A DNA stretch of 63,705 nt, the filler included, from Choristocarpus tenellus KU-1152 (lineage: Eukaryota > Protista > Phaeophyceae): NCBI GenBank assembly GCA_964200185.2. It is 9 parts of 9 records of this genome, joined end to end, with 100 filler letters (N's around TTAATTAATTAA, not from the genome) between each part and the next. Parts side by side here need not be neighbours in the genome. Positions count along the whole stretch, not along the records: positions 1 to 11,663 come from CAXNAD020002197.1; positions 11,764 to 15,270 come from CAXNAD020019560.1; 7 more parts are not named here. One strand, written 5' to 3'. How positions within the stretch are numbered: position 1 is the stretch's first letter; each line of letters opens with the position of its first letter. The notes below the pieces were generated by a model that saw only the letters and a program-made list of their open reading frames with translations, searched no databases and was not told the origin of the DNA. Shown one piece after another: positions 1 to 12,904 of the stretch. A program made the translations under genes and the position numbers.

Positions 1-71
1 GTGTTTGGGGGCAGGGTGGACTCTCAAGGCCCTGCCCCCCCTCCTTTTCAGACGAGAATCCGACTTTGCCC

Positions 72-1841
72 ATGTCGAGTGGGCAAGACGGTGATGACAT
101 TCCTCCAGCTGAAAGCAGAGCTGGAGGAAGTGAGGGTGGGGGTGGTGGAGTGGCAGTTGTCGAAGGAAGTTACAGGAGATCTGGCGCGAGAGGGGCGCCC
201 CAACTCTTTGCTCATAAACTATACAAACTGGTGGACGAAGAGGACCCTGAGATCGTCGATTGGATGCCGGATGGGCAAGGCTTTCAAGTCAAGGACATGG
301 ATCGTTTCTGCGCTGAGATAATCTCAAAGTACTTCAACCGTGAGTTCGCCGTATTGACAGTCTTTGTCCTTGCACTGTGACACCCTGATGTATCTACCTG
401 CTGCGATCGGAGAGGTGAACCCTCGTTGTGGGACTTTGCTTCCTTCCTTGCAATCTTCGCTCATCCATAATATACTATGTATTGGTAGATCAAGCTGGGT
501 AAGTTGCAACTATGTCTTGCTGCCACCCTGTTGTATCGCATCACTCATTCAGGCATGCGGTGCCACATGTAGGTAGAGTTCCAACAGATCATGGTTAATG
601 CTTGACATTTTTTCTGTTCGTCTCTCGCCCTATCGATATGCCCCATCTCTTCATCTGAAGACTGCAAATTTACCAGTTTTCAGCGGCAACTCAACCTCTA
701 CGGGTTCAAGAAGAGGAGAGGAGATAAGGCGGGCGCCTTCTATCATCCCCACTTTCGGCGTGGGCAGCAGCACCTTCTTCGTCGAGTACGGCGTCAAAGA
801 GTCAATCGAGATCTCTTAGCAGCAGCGCAACGTGCAGCTGCAGCGAATCGTCGAAATGCAGCCATGAGTGGGTCTCTAGTCGGGCAGGAACAGTTCGGCA
901 GAGAAAGTGCAATGCATGCAGGTAGTGACATGGCACGGCGGCGCAGCACGGGTTCCGATGGGATGGATCATTTGGATACAATGGCTCGACGGGATGGCTT
1001 TGGCTCAGAAGTAGCGATGGCTGACGGAAGATGGTCTGATGTAGGATCATCCAACGTTCGACCTGGGACGGACAGGCAAGGGGAACATATGGGTTGGGAT
1101 TGGGGAGGCATGAACTCTGGGGCAAAGTCACACTCAAACACTAGCCCCCGACCATACCAGGCTCCAGTGTCGCATCTTCCTGCACGACCGTCGGCACCTA
1201 TCCATCACTCTGAGCAAAATAATCCGTTTCGCTTGCCAGTGAGCTACGTGCATCGGTCACAAAATCCAGCCCTTCACATGCCATTCCAAACACTTCCCCT
1301 GCCTGGCATTCCACACAGCGCCCCTCCTCACCTTCTTCACCACCAGCAATCATCCACGGTTACTTCTCAAGGTCCCCTCCCAGGAGTAAACGGCCCGAGT
1401 GGCCCCATTGCAGCAGCAGTGGCAGCAGTGAGAGCTGCAGCAACGGGGAGCAATAGGGATGTCCCACCACCATCACGACTAGGGGATGTTGCACCAAATG
1501 TGCAACAAGCCCCATGGCAGATGATTCGGTCTCCCTCTATGCAGCATCCATCCACAACGCATTTTCACGAACAAGGGATGGCAGCACCTTCTGCACAGAT
1601 ACCAGGGGAGAGGGTGGTGTCAGCTGCTGGAGGGGCACCAGGGGACGACCTGGAGTTTATTGGGCTGTTTGACCAAAGTTGGGATGGTGGAGACGTGTCC
1701 CACTATGGACAAGGGCAAGGGCACAGTCGCGCTCAGCTCCCAGGATTGGCAGGAGCAGGAGGTGCTACAGGGGGGCAGGGGCGGAGGGTAGGATCTGGTC
1801 AGAGGTTACCATCTACCTTAGGTCCAGGATCCTACAGGTAG
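72..1841 (+). CDS. Heat shock factor (HSF)-type DNA-binding protein; exons 72-339 and 661-1841
   Basis: Exon 1 reads FAHKLYKLVDEEDPEIVDWMPDGQGFQVKDMDRFCAEIISKYFN. A GT(340)..AG(660) intron joins it to HCKFTSFQRQLNLYGFKK...FYHPHFRRG, the canonical HSF DNA-binding motif, in frame with ORF 864..1841 (low-complexity C-terminus). TAG 1839-1841 overlaps a possible donor at 1838, so the 3' end is uncertain. Confidence 0.93.
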
Positions 1842-2700
1842 TGGTGCTAATAGTAAGGGTCTTGAGGATGATGGATACACACAAATTCATTTACGAGAAT
1901 TATAGGCTAAGGTGAGTTTGGGAACCACCTGCCTTGAGTGTTCTGCTCCCTGCAGAGCTCCCTGAGTGTTACCAAGTTCATCTTTTGGGATGAGGTGTGG
2001 AGGATGGTATTTTATTGTGATAGCGCTACTCAGCAAGGTCCAGAAGGTTTGCTCGTTTTGGCACTCCTCTGGTACACAGTACATCAAGTGCAAGATCTGA
2101 TGAGTTGTGAAATAGCCTAGGAGTAAAGATTTTTGGTGTGTTTTGTGGTGTCTCTAGTTAAAGAGCTGACGCCTCAGGGCGTCTACTTTGATATGCAGCA
2201 CGGATTAGAGCTGCTAAACTTACCCAGCTTTTTGTTTATTGTAGAGGACCGCACCTGTCCTTTCTGGTTAGGGAAGCACATAGTGTTTTTTTTCGTAGGC
2301 TTGTTCTGGCTGGTATGCCGACATGGTTGACAGTATTAGATTGAAAGTTTGTAATTCATTTCTACACACAAAGATCAAGATCAGGACAAGTAGTGCACAA
2401 ACGTTTATGATGTGTATTGGGCAACGACATAATCAGAATTTTATTATTAATATCAATGAGAAAACATGTTTGATACAAACTGCTCCCGTGCTCTGACTGA
2501 TGCCATGTCCTTGACTAACTAAAGCTGAATCAGCTGGCTTCCATTTTTTTTGCTCATGAGTTCCTTACAGTCCTCCCAACTTTTCTATGCTTTCATATCC
2601 AGCGCAATGTACTGATACAATTTTATTGTGGTGAACGTAGAATGTCAATAGTGCTTAGATTCTCCCCTTCCAACTGAGGGGGGACCATTGTATTGAAGGA

Positions 2701-2970
2701 TAGTGAAACCAATTGAGAGTTATAGACAGATTTGGACCCGTTTGTATTCTAAGCCATATGTCTTTCCCTGTGCAATGTACTATATACATCTCATTCCTTA
2801 TGTGCACAGTAGTGTACGCAAAATTGATGTTCGCCCCCCTTACACACACATAAAGTGATACCACAATTAAGCGAAGTTTCTTTCTTCAAATGCACAGAAC
2901 GACACATTTTTGCCCTTTTAAGGGATCCTTAAAATGCAACCCTAACCCAACCTCTCAATTGGTTTGACTC
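2701..2970 (+). mobile_element. MITE family C, complete copy, 4-bp TSD AGGA
   Basis: TIRs tAGTGAAACCAATTGAGAG ... CTCTCAATTGGTTTGACTC; AGGA at 2697-2700 and 2971-2974; interior homologous to 6036-6282 and 7267-7523. Confidence 0.85.
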
Positions 2971-3992
2971 AGGACTCTCTTTGCCCATAGCACTAGAAAT
3001 TTGTTGAGTCACACCTGGATAAATAAGTGAACCTATTGGAAATAAAAAATAAAATTACGCCAGTGTTGAATGGCCCTTGATTCTTTTTCTAATAGGAGTC
3101 CCTTCAAATATGATATTTATTTTGTTTTTTGCAAGAAGTATTTGACTGCTGGCATGCCCCTAAAAGCAACCCATCATGTCCAAGACAGTGTTTTTTGGGG
3201 GGATGAAACAAAATGTTTATGTTTTATATATCATATTGTGCGTCCTATGTTTTGTATTTCACCTGGTACAGGCATGATGTTCACTCCTGTTACCTATCCT
3301 ACTTGTATGCGATCTGGGAGTGTCTCTGGTAATCCAGTGGCCCCTCCTATCATACTGATTGCACAGGGTGTTCACTCGAGTTCAACTCTAAATTTCAGTT
3401 GATCTCCCCAGTGCATGTTTGGCATGATTCCAACAACTCAGGAATACATGTACATAAATTGGTGCACTTGACGTTGATTTGGAGTAGTATTTCATCATTA
3501 CTAGTCGAAGGACTAGTTTAAATGGCTATTCCCTTTCCCTTGTTTCTCAGTCTTGGACAATAATGTGTTGCTGCAGTCTTCTCTTTCTTTGGTCCCTCTT
3601 TAAACCTCTAAAATTGACTTGACCTTGATTCCTCCTTTTTGGATCCTTACAAACGAAATTTCTACTCCATCATTGACTGCACATTATCTCCTCATTGCAA
3701 ACCAATCCGTGCACTCGCAGTAAGTTTTGGCTGAGTTTTTGTTGCTGCCTTGACCCCTTGCAATTCATATTGTTGATCTGATTGATGATGCTGATGCGGT
3801 GGGTCAATAGGCTTAGTACCCTTATACTGGTTGCGGTAAGTATTGGACAGCTTATGTCTATATTTCTTTGGGATTTATCTGACTGATTTTTCTAATATGC
3901 ACACTACTAGGACACCGATAGGTCAACTCTTACACCATGTCTCACTCAAAATTTGTTGACTGACACAATCTTTTTCACCTGCCATGTCCAGT

Positions 3993-4159
3993 GGGTCAAA
4001 GTATCTGGGGGGGGTGACTGCTGTCAATTTGGCGCCCATTTTTCCATGTCGCAATTTTTGTGTGATTTGGTTGCATGTAGGATGGATAATAGAAGTGTGC
4101 TTTCCTGGTCAGGGCCCAAATGGACACCCTGGTGTAGACCCCACCCCCCAGATTGAGTC
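3993..4159 (+). mobile_element. MITE family A, near-complete copy, 3-bp TSD AGT
   Basis: Left GGGTCAAAGTATCTGGGGGGGG, right CCCCCCAGAT----TGAGTC (small deletion); AGT at 3990-3992 and 4160-4162; interior matches 28406-28583. Confidence 0.85.
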
Positions 4160-5624
4160 AGTACTCTACCCATAATATTTATATATATATTCATGTATCT
4201 CTACCTTTACAACTACTTCGAAGATACTCTCATCAATAGATGGTACTGCCAGCCCTCGTACGTATACGACTACGAAATTAAGTAAAAAACTGTCTCTCCT
4301 TTTCTTTCTACCCCATCCTCTGCTCCTCTCTTCCTACAACAACCCATGTTTTCCTGACGTAGTAGAGCTTTGGTCATTGAAGCTACACCAAAGATAGGTC
4401 TGATGCTTTGTTCCCACAAATATGGAAAAATAGTGCCTCCATCAGTCGAAACCCGTGTAATAATTCAACCCATCCTATTATTTACAAAATATCAACGATA
4501 ATATAGTACATATCCTTCCCAGAGTCGAGTATAATACTAGTATCTCACCTGATATCCTCTACTAGTATTGTTGTCTTTGGCAGTCGTAATAATCGTCCAT
4601 AATGAGATGCCTATAACTCTCTTTCATCGTTGGTCAGGTGAATAATCTGAATTGGTGGCCGTTAATCATGAGGAACAAATCAACCCTGCACACCACATAC
4701 CACACATGATTTCGGCATGGATAACAAAATATAACGGATAACTTGTCAAGAGGAGACATTTGGAACGGAAATACCTGCCAGAAATACGTGAACTAAGTGT
4801 TGTCCTATATACAGGACGAAATACGAACTATACAACAAAGTCATATATATAGTTGGAGTATATATTTATAATATAATCTCTTAAAAGATATATGTGGAGA
4901 GTTTAATGATTTCCAATTTTGGTCAACAATTACTGTGTAGGTTCATTTACCAAACAATGTATTAATAATGTAGTGGTAGTAGTTCATATCAGATGACAGA
5001 ATTAACTTTTGGAAATTATGAACATTGTTATTCTTAAGTCAATATTTTTTCTTGTTGAAATCGGCTGTTTTGAGGGGGTGTATGTGTATATCACCTTCCA
5101 CTAAAAAAGCGACTGTTGTATACTATGGCTGTTATGACAAGGATCGACGTCCAGTCGATTTGTTATCCAGGACCAGACCCTTGGGAATCTGAAGAAGTGG
5201 TAATCGGGAACAACACTATTTTGAACTACCAATAATAAATGCTAGTAGTTCTTTTGAACATTTTTTTGTTGATCCACACCATACCCTGTAATTTACGACT
5301 TTTTAATAACGGATCCAGGATGTGGACTAGGTCAGTCAATACTCAACATTCGACACACACAAGGACTGGATCAGAGAGAGGGTCTCTGTTTATTTCTCAG
5401 GTTGGTTCGTGGTGGTGGGTGGTTGGCGGCAAAATTGTGAATTGGTTTTGAACTTCAAGCACCAAAGAAAGGATATATTTGATAGTAGGTCTGTGATACG
5501 CAGTTTCATACATAATACAAACGTGAATTAAGAGTAAACAGACTCTTTCACTGAAACTGCCAATCCTTAACACCATTCAGAACGACGGTGATGATGTGAA
5601 CATTCGCATATAAAATACATTACC

Positions 5625-6790
5625 AACCGTGACGATGTGTACATAAATAATATCCTCCCACAGAATGAATCAGACCGGGGGATTGTCACTAACGCGTCAC
5701 ACGTGAAGAGTAGGCCCTGTTGGACATGTCGATGACAGTAATCCTTTACACACAATCCTAGGACGGTCAAGAATGGAGAGTCCTTCCATACGTTAGTCGA
5801 TACAAAAATCTAATAGGTTAAATGAGTTCCTACGATGTATTAACACCTATGTCCACAATACGACTTCAACCCTCTGTTACTTGGACTTTTTTTTAGCGAG
5901 TGTATAAATCTCTTCACCATTGCTAATAATGCCTGCAAATATATGGTTTGGAGATTGTTAGGGGGCGTGACAATCTGTCACAATCAGTCGCTGAATGATA
6001 CTACTAGTGAATTAGAGTACCTACAAAATTGCCTTGTACCAAACTGATTGAGAAGTAGGCATGTTAGGACCCTTCTGCATTCTACGCCATCTCTCTTACC
6101 CTGTCCAATACACTCTATTTCATCGCTTTAGGTGCACAATAGTATGTACACAAAATCGATATTCCCCCCTAAAGTGACACAACAATTCAGCAAACGCTCA
6201 TTCTGCAATTGTTCAAAATTACATCTTTTTGCCCTTTCTTGGGATCCTAAAAATAAACCTCGACTACTCCTCGGTTTGTCTCACTTCCTTCTGAGACTGA
6301 ATTGTTGCGTCTACTCACTAATTTCGTTTTCTGAGTGTTCAGTGATGATGAGTACTCTCGCTAATAATACGCTACCAGCCATGACGATGCGTACAATTGC
6401 TACAAAAATATCCTCCCACACGATGAATCAGAGTGTGGGATGGTCACAATGGGGTTCGTCACAAACAGCAGGCCCTGCGGCACATCCCAATGTCAGCAGT
6501 CCGTCAAGCACAACCTTAGTGTGGGTCAAAGCGTAGAGGCCGTCTATACGTTAGTTGAAGCAATCTCATAGGTGAACACAACTTGCTATGACATGTTAGC
6601 ATCAATGTCTACAATACGACATCACCCCTCGGCAGTTTTGTTTAGTGAGTGTGCACATCGTCACTGTTACTAATTATGCCTCGAAAAATCTGAGAACATA
6701 CTTTTGAGATTGTGACCATTACGGTCTGAAAGACACTATTTTCTTGGAGTACCAAGAAAATAAACTTCCGAGAGTGATTATACTCTACTA
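5625..6790 (+). repeat. Diverged ~400-bp direct duplication (about 5625-6030 and 6375-6790) separated by a MITE
   Basis: Shared collinear blocks: TGACGATG, AATATCCTCCCACA-ATGAATCAGA, AGGCCCTG, ATACGTTAG, ACAATACGAC, GAGATTGT. Confidence 0.7.
6036..6282 (+). mobile_element. MITE family C, diverged copy
   Basis: Homologous to 2701-2970 over its length; ends GTACCAAACTGATTGAGAAG ... GGTTTGTCTC; flanks CCTT/ACTT (imperfect 4-bp TSD). Confidence 0.75.
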
Positions 6791-7266
6791 CTTTCATGTC
6801 CTTAATAGTGTTAAATGTTATTGATAGGCTGGCCAGGGCAAACGAATTAATGTTGGTCACCACCCTGAGTACAACGAGCTAGGCCACAGGCTAGCTCGGC
6901 GTCCTGTCCCCGCCATTCAGCCTGGATAACTCTGGTGCAAAACTCTAAGAACTTAGACCAAATTGAGCTTGTTCATCAAACTTACGTAGATACATATAAT
7001 CTATACATTTGTGGTCGTGAATTATGAGATTCTGTACCGGTGTGGTTCACTTCAGGCAATGATCACAAAGAGAAACATCATGCAAGACAGACCAGACAGA
7101 CCAAGATAACCATATCCAAGAGAACGAGGTTAAGATTGGACGCGAGGACAAAAAGAGAGAAGGCTGGGGAGGATCACGGTTCAGATGAAGTCCTTAAACG
7201 GAACCCCTCGGTGATGGGAGAGTAATGACGCCACAGGAAGTAAAGAAAACTATTCCTCTGAATATT

Positions 7267-7523
7267 GAACCAAATCAGTTGAGAGGTAGGCAAGATTGGA
7301 CCCTTTTTGTATTCTAAGCAACTTTCTTACCCTGTGCCGCACACTCTAATTCATTGCTTTATGTGCACGATGGTGTACGAAAAATAGATCTTCCCCTATC
7401 CACAAAACAAATGACACCATAATTCAGCAAAGGTTCTTCCTGCAATTGTACAAAATTGCCTATTTTTGCCTTTTCTGAGATAATTAATGTGTAACCCTGC
7501 CTATCTCTCAATTGGTTTGACCC
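7267..7523 (+). mobile_element. MITE family C, complete copy, 3-bp TSD ATT
   Basis: GAACCAAATCAGTTGAGAGGTAGG ... CCTATCTCTCAATTGGTTTGACCC; ATT at 7264-7266 and 7524-7526. Confidence 0.85.
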
Positions 7524-8258
7524 ATTCTCCACAGTGGAACCGAGGTTCTCAAGTAAAAAACTCAAACGACGTGAAGGTGTATGGTATGGCAATAAATGAC
7601 ACTATAACCAACAACGCTTCGGTCCACATACCTTTTGCATTAAATATAATACATCCACCGTTTCTTCTTACATTTCCTTGGGCAGGCTGTAAGAAATGTT
7701 CATCTTTTTGGTGGGGATCGTGCAAAAACCCAATGCAAGGTTAACCCTAAAATCTCAGGGAAATCCAACCCAGTTGAACTATTCTATGCCGTGCCCGGTG
7801 AAGCTGCAAGAAATGGCTTCCCGATGCCGTTGTTTTCTCCATTCATGCAAACGGTTTGGGAATTTATGACGCTGTAAAGAGGAGATACAGATATGAACAC
7901 TTTGCTTGAAAAAATCATCCGGCAGTAGTAGGAGCTTCACAAAATATCAGAGTAAGTTGTACCCTTTTGGCTATGATGTCATTGTTTGGATGGCAAACAT
8001 CCTTCCTTACCATCCAAGGATAGCAACCTACTTACTGGTAATACAAACGAGCACTACCAATAGTCTATCACCGTCTCCGAGTTCCTCCCCACGTTATCAT
8101 TATTTTTTTAGTGGGTTGACATCGTCACCGTATCACCTTAAGGACATAAATAATATATTATTCATAAAAATACGAAGTAGACACTATTATTATTGAATTG
8201 ACTTTTCATTTGCTTTCCCCTCTGACACACCTGCCAAGGCATAATAATATACATAACG

Positions 8259-8485
8259 GGTCTGTCAGATTCTTGGGATGCTTTCCTAGCTCCTTGCCCT
8301 GGGGTATAGGGCTAAGCTAGATTGGAGCTGTAGGAGGGGAGTGGTGTATAATAAGTAGTAGTAAAATAGTAATTAATTAAAAAATATCTTTCACATTTAT
8401 GACAACTGTTACTTTTTGAGGTTGTGATATTGAATTGGGTCTTCATCGAGTTTTCCCCGAACACATCTGCAAAATGTTAGAGTAG
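8259..8485 (+). repeat. Dispersed repeat family E (unclassified)
   Basis: GGGTCTGTCAGATTCTTGGGATGCTTTCCTAGCTCC...ACGACAACTG-like...ACATCTGCAAA matches 62636-62900; 3' part also near 11090-11200 and inverted near 36970-37030. Confidence 0.6.
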
Positions 8486-10739
8486 ATACTCCAAATAGTA
8501 ATTTTACAACAGTACTGGGTTTTATCTTGGAAGGAGCAAACATAAATTAAAGAAAACAAAAAATAGTGTGTGAATAAAAACACAGGATGTAAAGAATACA
8601 GTAGTAGTAAAGTTCAAAATATCAAGAAATATTGCTCGATTGTAAATGCCGAAAACACGCAAAATAAATCTTAGTTGTATATTGAAAAGAAGAAAACAAT
8701 AGTTTTATACTGAAGTTATTTTTTTCTCTTTATGTTTCCTAATATCTCTATAGTTATTTCTATTATTATATACCCCACTTAATTCTCCCTTTTTGTGACT
8801 ATTGGTACACTTCAAGAACAAATTAGGTGTAAGGGATGGAAGGGCATATGTGAATTAGTAACACTAACGCAATAATCTCGTACAAAATAAAAATAATGTG
8901 ACGTATTGTAGTTTTACTTTTTTTTTTACAGGAAAAATACAGTATTTTCGGGAAGGTGTTTCTTGCAGCTTAGGAAAGGGCGGAGCAAATAGATAAGATG
9001 ATAGGGTACGTTGGATTTTGTTGAGATTATTACATTAACCTCATACACGTTTATGTGGGATATGCAAAAAAAATGAATATAATGTAATACCATATTGTTG
9101 TTCATTGACACCCTACCCCAGAAACGGTTCGAAGTGATGCTGGTGAACAGTAGTATTGTAAAAAGTAGGAAAATAAGTATATTGGTGGGAGGGATGAGGA
9201 ACTGTCGTAACTACTACGAAAGTATATCGAAAATGTCCAAATTCAACATCGATAGTTGCAAAGTGTTACAGGGCAAAATAATATAAATATTGGTGGTATT
9301 GTTTGAAGTCGTTTAGTGAGAGTAAACCATACATACATGATATGTTATGAAATCCGTCAGTGATTGTTGGTGTTGTTCTGAAATGGATTGTTGGGGTGAT
9401 GTGTTTAGTTGATGTGTTGGACGTTTTATTTGTTCAGTGAGTGGAAGTGGTGTTCTGATTATTCTCCTTCGAAAAGAAGGGTTCAAAGTGACCGTGAAAC
9501 CCTTCAGTCGCGCGAAACCGTCCAACATGGCATCTCGGGAAACAACCATCATCGCAAAAGCACCTCCTTTGTTGGACAAACCTTCGTATTCTTCAATAAT
9601 ATTAATAGAGAACTAGGTTGTGATTCAGGACCTATATGTTCAACATACAAGGGAGCCGTAAGATGAAATGTAGCCCCTCCGATTTCATTTCAGAGTACCA
9701 ACCTGCGTGTTCCACCTGGTAGGGGTGTGTTCAGTCTTGGACAGTAGGAGGGACGAAGAAAGGAGGATTGAATTCTCTCGACACCGTAGGTGAAATTGCG
9801 ACCAAAATCAGGAAGGTGATGTCTCCAGGAAAGTGGGAAAGCGATGCAGGTTTTCCCCTGGACAATAAGCGTTTTGTCAGTCTACAGCACAAAGGTCAAT
9901 GAAGTTGTCTCCAACTGCATCCCTCTTTATTGTAAGAATGTGTTTCGCAGCTCTTGATGAGTCTTTTTGGTGAATTGTCCTCTTAGGGTGTTTCCCAGGT
10001 TCTTCTAGTGTTAAGTGAAAATCGATTGTGATGAGTTAGCTGGGGGGACTGACTTGATAGATCCGGAATGCAAGAGGTCAGTATGTTGAGAACACTTTGC
10101 AATAGATTGCTGTTCTACATGACATAGAAGAGTCTCCTATGAAGAAGTCCTCATACAAGTTCTAGATATAGGGTCATTCTCCCCTTTACGGATTGCAGAT
10201 CGTGGTTGTTGTTGACTCTCTTGGAACTACTTGTTTTTCCACATGTTGGTAGGGTTATTAAGTGTTGTGATGAACCACTCACTTACCATACCGTTGTTTA
10301 ATGTCATTTTAAGTGTACCAGGTAGAGAGTCTGCCCCAACATCTGTTTTTACAGATAGTTCGGTAGGTTCCCAGTGTTCTCATGTCCTACTCCATAATGT
10401 AATCTTCAATTTTTTGGGGGGTGACTTCTACTGATATTCGTAAATACTAACATGTCGTGTTTGTAATATGTGGCTTGGTTTAGTCTGTTGTACGATATGA
10501 CCAAGATAGAATAACTGTTGATGACGATATAGTACATTGAAGGGAGAGAAGAGGCCCTATCCAATAGGTGCCCGGTTTCTGGGTACAGGAGGAGGCATAA
10601 TGTTGACACCTTACATGCTCGTACCTGTCCTAGGGCAGGAAGACAGGTACACCACCACATGCCGATGGTTAAGTGTCTTGGCAAACTCTGCAAGGAAATG
10701 GACATCCCTTAATCTAAGGAGGATGGTAGCCCGTTTACA

Positions 10740-10827
10740 GTGAACAGGGACTTCCGCATGGATGTGGTCCTAAATGCTGGGGCATTTGTGAGTGCTGTCT
10801 CAGATCCTTACCAGGACAAATGCCTTG
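10740..10827 (+). mobile_element. Possible fragment of a restriction-like-endonuclease non-LTR retrotransposon (CRE/R2-like), cut by a MITE
   Basis: DFRMDVVLNAGAFVSAVSDPYQDKCLV resembles, from memory, the R-x-D endonuclease segment of algal CRE-like elements; short and unverified. Confidence 0.3.
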
Positions 10828-10993
10828 TCTGGGGGGGGGGGGGTCTACACCAGGGTGTCCATTTGGGGAAAAAACAGTATAAGTGCGCTTACATTATCCA
10901 TCCGACATATGCAACCAAATCAATCAAAATTGCGACTTGAAAAAATTGACTCCAAATGGAAAGCCGCCCCCGCCCCCCCAGATACTTTGAGTC
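10828..10993 (-). mobile_element. MITE family A, inverted, one end truncated
   Basis: Reverse complement of 28406-28583; ends CCCCCCCAGATACTTTGAGTC. Confidence 0.85.
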
Positions 10994-11663
10994 AGGGTTA
11001 AGCAAGGTAGGAGGTATAGCAGCTATTATGTACACATAACTTAGGGTTAGGGTTAGGGAATTTTTGTAGTATGGCTAGTATTCAAATAGTAGATATTTTT
11101 TAGAGAGGTACTTTTCACAAATACGATCTGTTTCTTTTTCAGGGGTTCTTGAGATATTTGTTTAGCCTTTTCCCTGACACATCTGCAAATATCAGAGGGA
11201 ACAGCAATATGTATTTAAACATAATGAAATATGTGGAATGACTTCTACCTTCATGGTAAAATCGATGAGGTCATACCAAACCACCCTCTGCAAACTTCCA
11301 ACCTAATAGAAAGCAAGAATTCTGAAACAGATGACAGCCTGCCAATGTTGGTTATAAATTGGGTCTACCAGCCACTTGGGTGTCTGGTAATATCCAGTAA
11401 CCCACAGTCACACAGTTTATTTAATATATTCCTATATCTATTATTTCGAAGTAGTATATACTCTGTACACGTTGCTAGCTATTGTGACACCAAAAGAAGC
11501 GGGATAAGAACACACTCTATCTAGGTTTGGTAGAGTGCCATAATCTCCCTGGAAATTAATACATGGGAAAGATCGATATGAGAAGAAGTGTTACAGGCGA
11601 ATAGAGCGACTATTTCTTCTTGTATTTCAACGAAGTGCAAACGGTTGTTACACGCGAATAGCG

Positions 11664-11763
11664 NNNNNNNNNNNNNNNNNNNNNNNNNNNNNNNNNNNNN
11701 NNNNNNNTTAATTAATTAANNNNNNNNNNNNNNNNNNNNNNNNNNNNNNNNNNNNNNNNNNNN
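11664..11763. other. Artificial 100-bp contig linker (N..TTAATTAATTAA..N); identical linkers at 15271-15370, 25340-25439, 31722-31821, 34772-34871, 45165-45264, 51393-51492, 55650-55749
   Basis: Identical length and central six-frame-stop oligo in all eight. Confidence 0.97.
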
Positions 11764-12072
11764 CGGCTGGAGCCCCCCCCCCTCCCAGATACTTTGGGTC
11801 AAAATTCGTACCCTCTAAGATACTTTCACTCAGAAGTACATAGTTTTTGACCGTTTTGCATATATGCCACTTTTTATCCTTTTGCAATTCACCCATATTT
11901 CTGTGGATGAATTGCTAAGTTTGCCTTGAGAGGGTAGATTTCTCCTTTGTTTGAAGCTTTTTGACACAACTCGGAAAATGTCCTACATGCAATTGTAAAA
12001 AACGTCGAATTTTGCACATATTTGTCCGTATCCTTGAAATGCAGCTCTGGGTACATCACTTTACTTCGACTC
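11764..12072. mobile_element. Nested transposon ends: family-A TIR (to 11800), family-B TIR (11801-11831), family-D MITE (11832-12072)
   Basis: CCCAGATACTTTGGGTC | AAAATTCGTACCCTCTAAGATACTTTCACTC | body homologous to 38024-38278 ending CTGGGTACATCACTTTACTTCGACTC. Confidence 0.75.
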
Positions 12073-12904
12073 AGTGTGGATGTGCGCTAAGCTGCTTTAG
12101 CTGCTGCTGTAGCATGAGAAAAGAACATCAACTTCCACAATTTCTCTAACATATCGCTCTTCCATAAAACTGTTCCCCATCAACCACACAATTATACAGT
12201 CTGTGGTGGTTTGTTACCGTTCCATCCCGCAACTATGAACCCAAACTTCTCAAGGTCGTCTTGCGCTCACATCCATCAGTTCTTCTCCTCCTGTCCGCTT
12301 TGCTTCTACTTTCCATCTACAAGTTCCCCAAACACCAACACCTCTTGGAGACACTTCAAAGTATGTTGTGTAGGTCTTAAAAGTATTCACTACTATTATT
12401 ACTAGTTATAACATCTGTTCAAATATATATCTGCGTCTAGTCTGGGAGTAATGATCTACAGGGCACCTAAGATTCTTGGAACTATCCAAGATCTAAAACC
12501 ATATACAGCGATGTCGTCCACCAGCAGGCAGGCAAATATATTGTGTTCTTCCTCCATTAGGAATTAAATGTAACATAACTTTTCCAAGCTCTGTTCTTGA
12601 CCAGGAACGACCCACATGATAAACCCTCTGGACGAGGTGTAGTTCTCATATAGATCGGGAGGTATGCAAAGTTGAAATGGTGGGCTGTTATGACTGTAGA
12701 GGATCACTAGTGCAAAGTCGACCAAGTAGCATTTGACAGGGTTCAAAAACCTCGTGAAACTGTCAACAAGGGTGTTTATTGGGATGCCTAGGACGGAGGC
12801 CCCTCATCGTCTCAGTCACTCATTCATCCTATCATCACCCGTTCACCCACAACTCTTTTGCCCAGAAGTCTGTCTGGCGTCCAGGCTCAAAAACCTCGAC
12901 CAAG

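Noticed and set aside
11708-11719. Recurrent palindrome TTAATTAATTAA and ORFs ending in ...LIN
   Set aside because: It lies inside identical 100-bp N linkers and is an assembly artefact.
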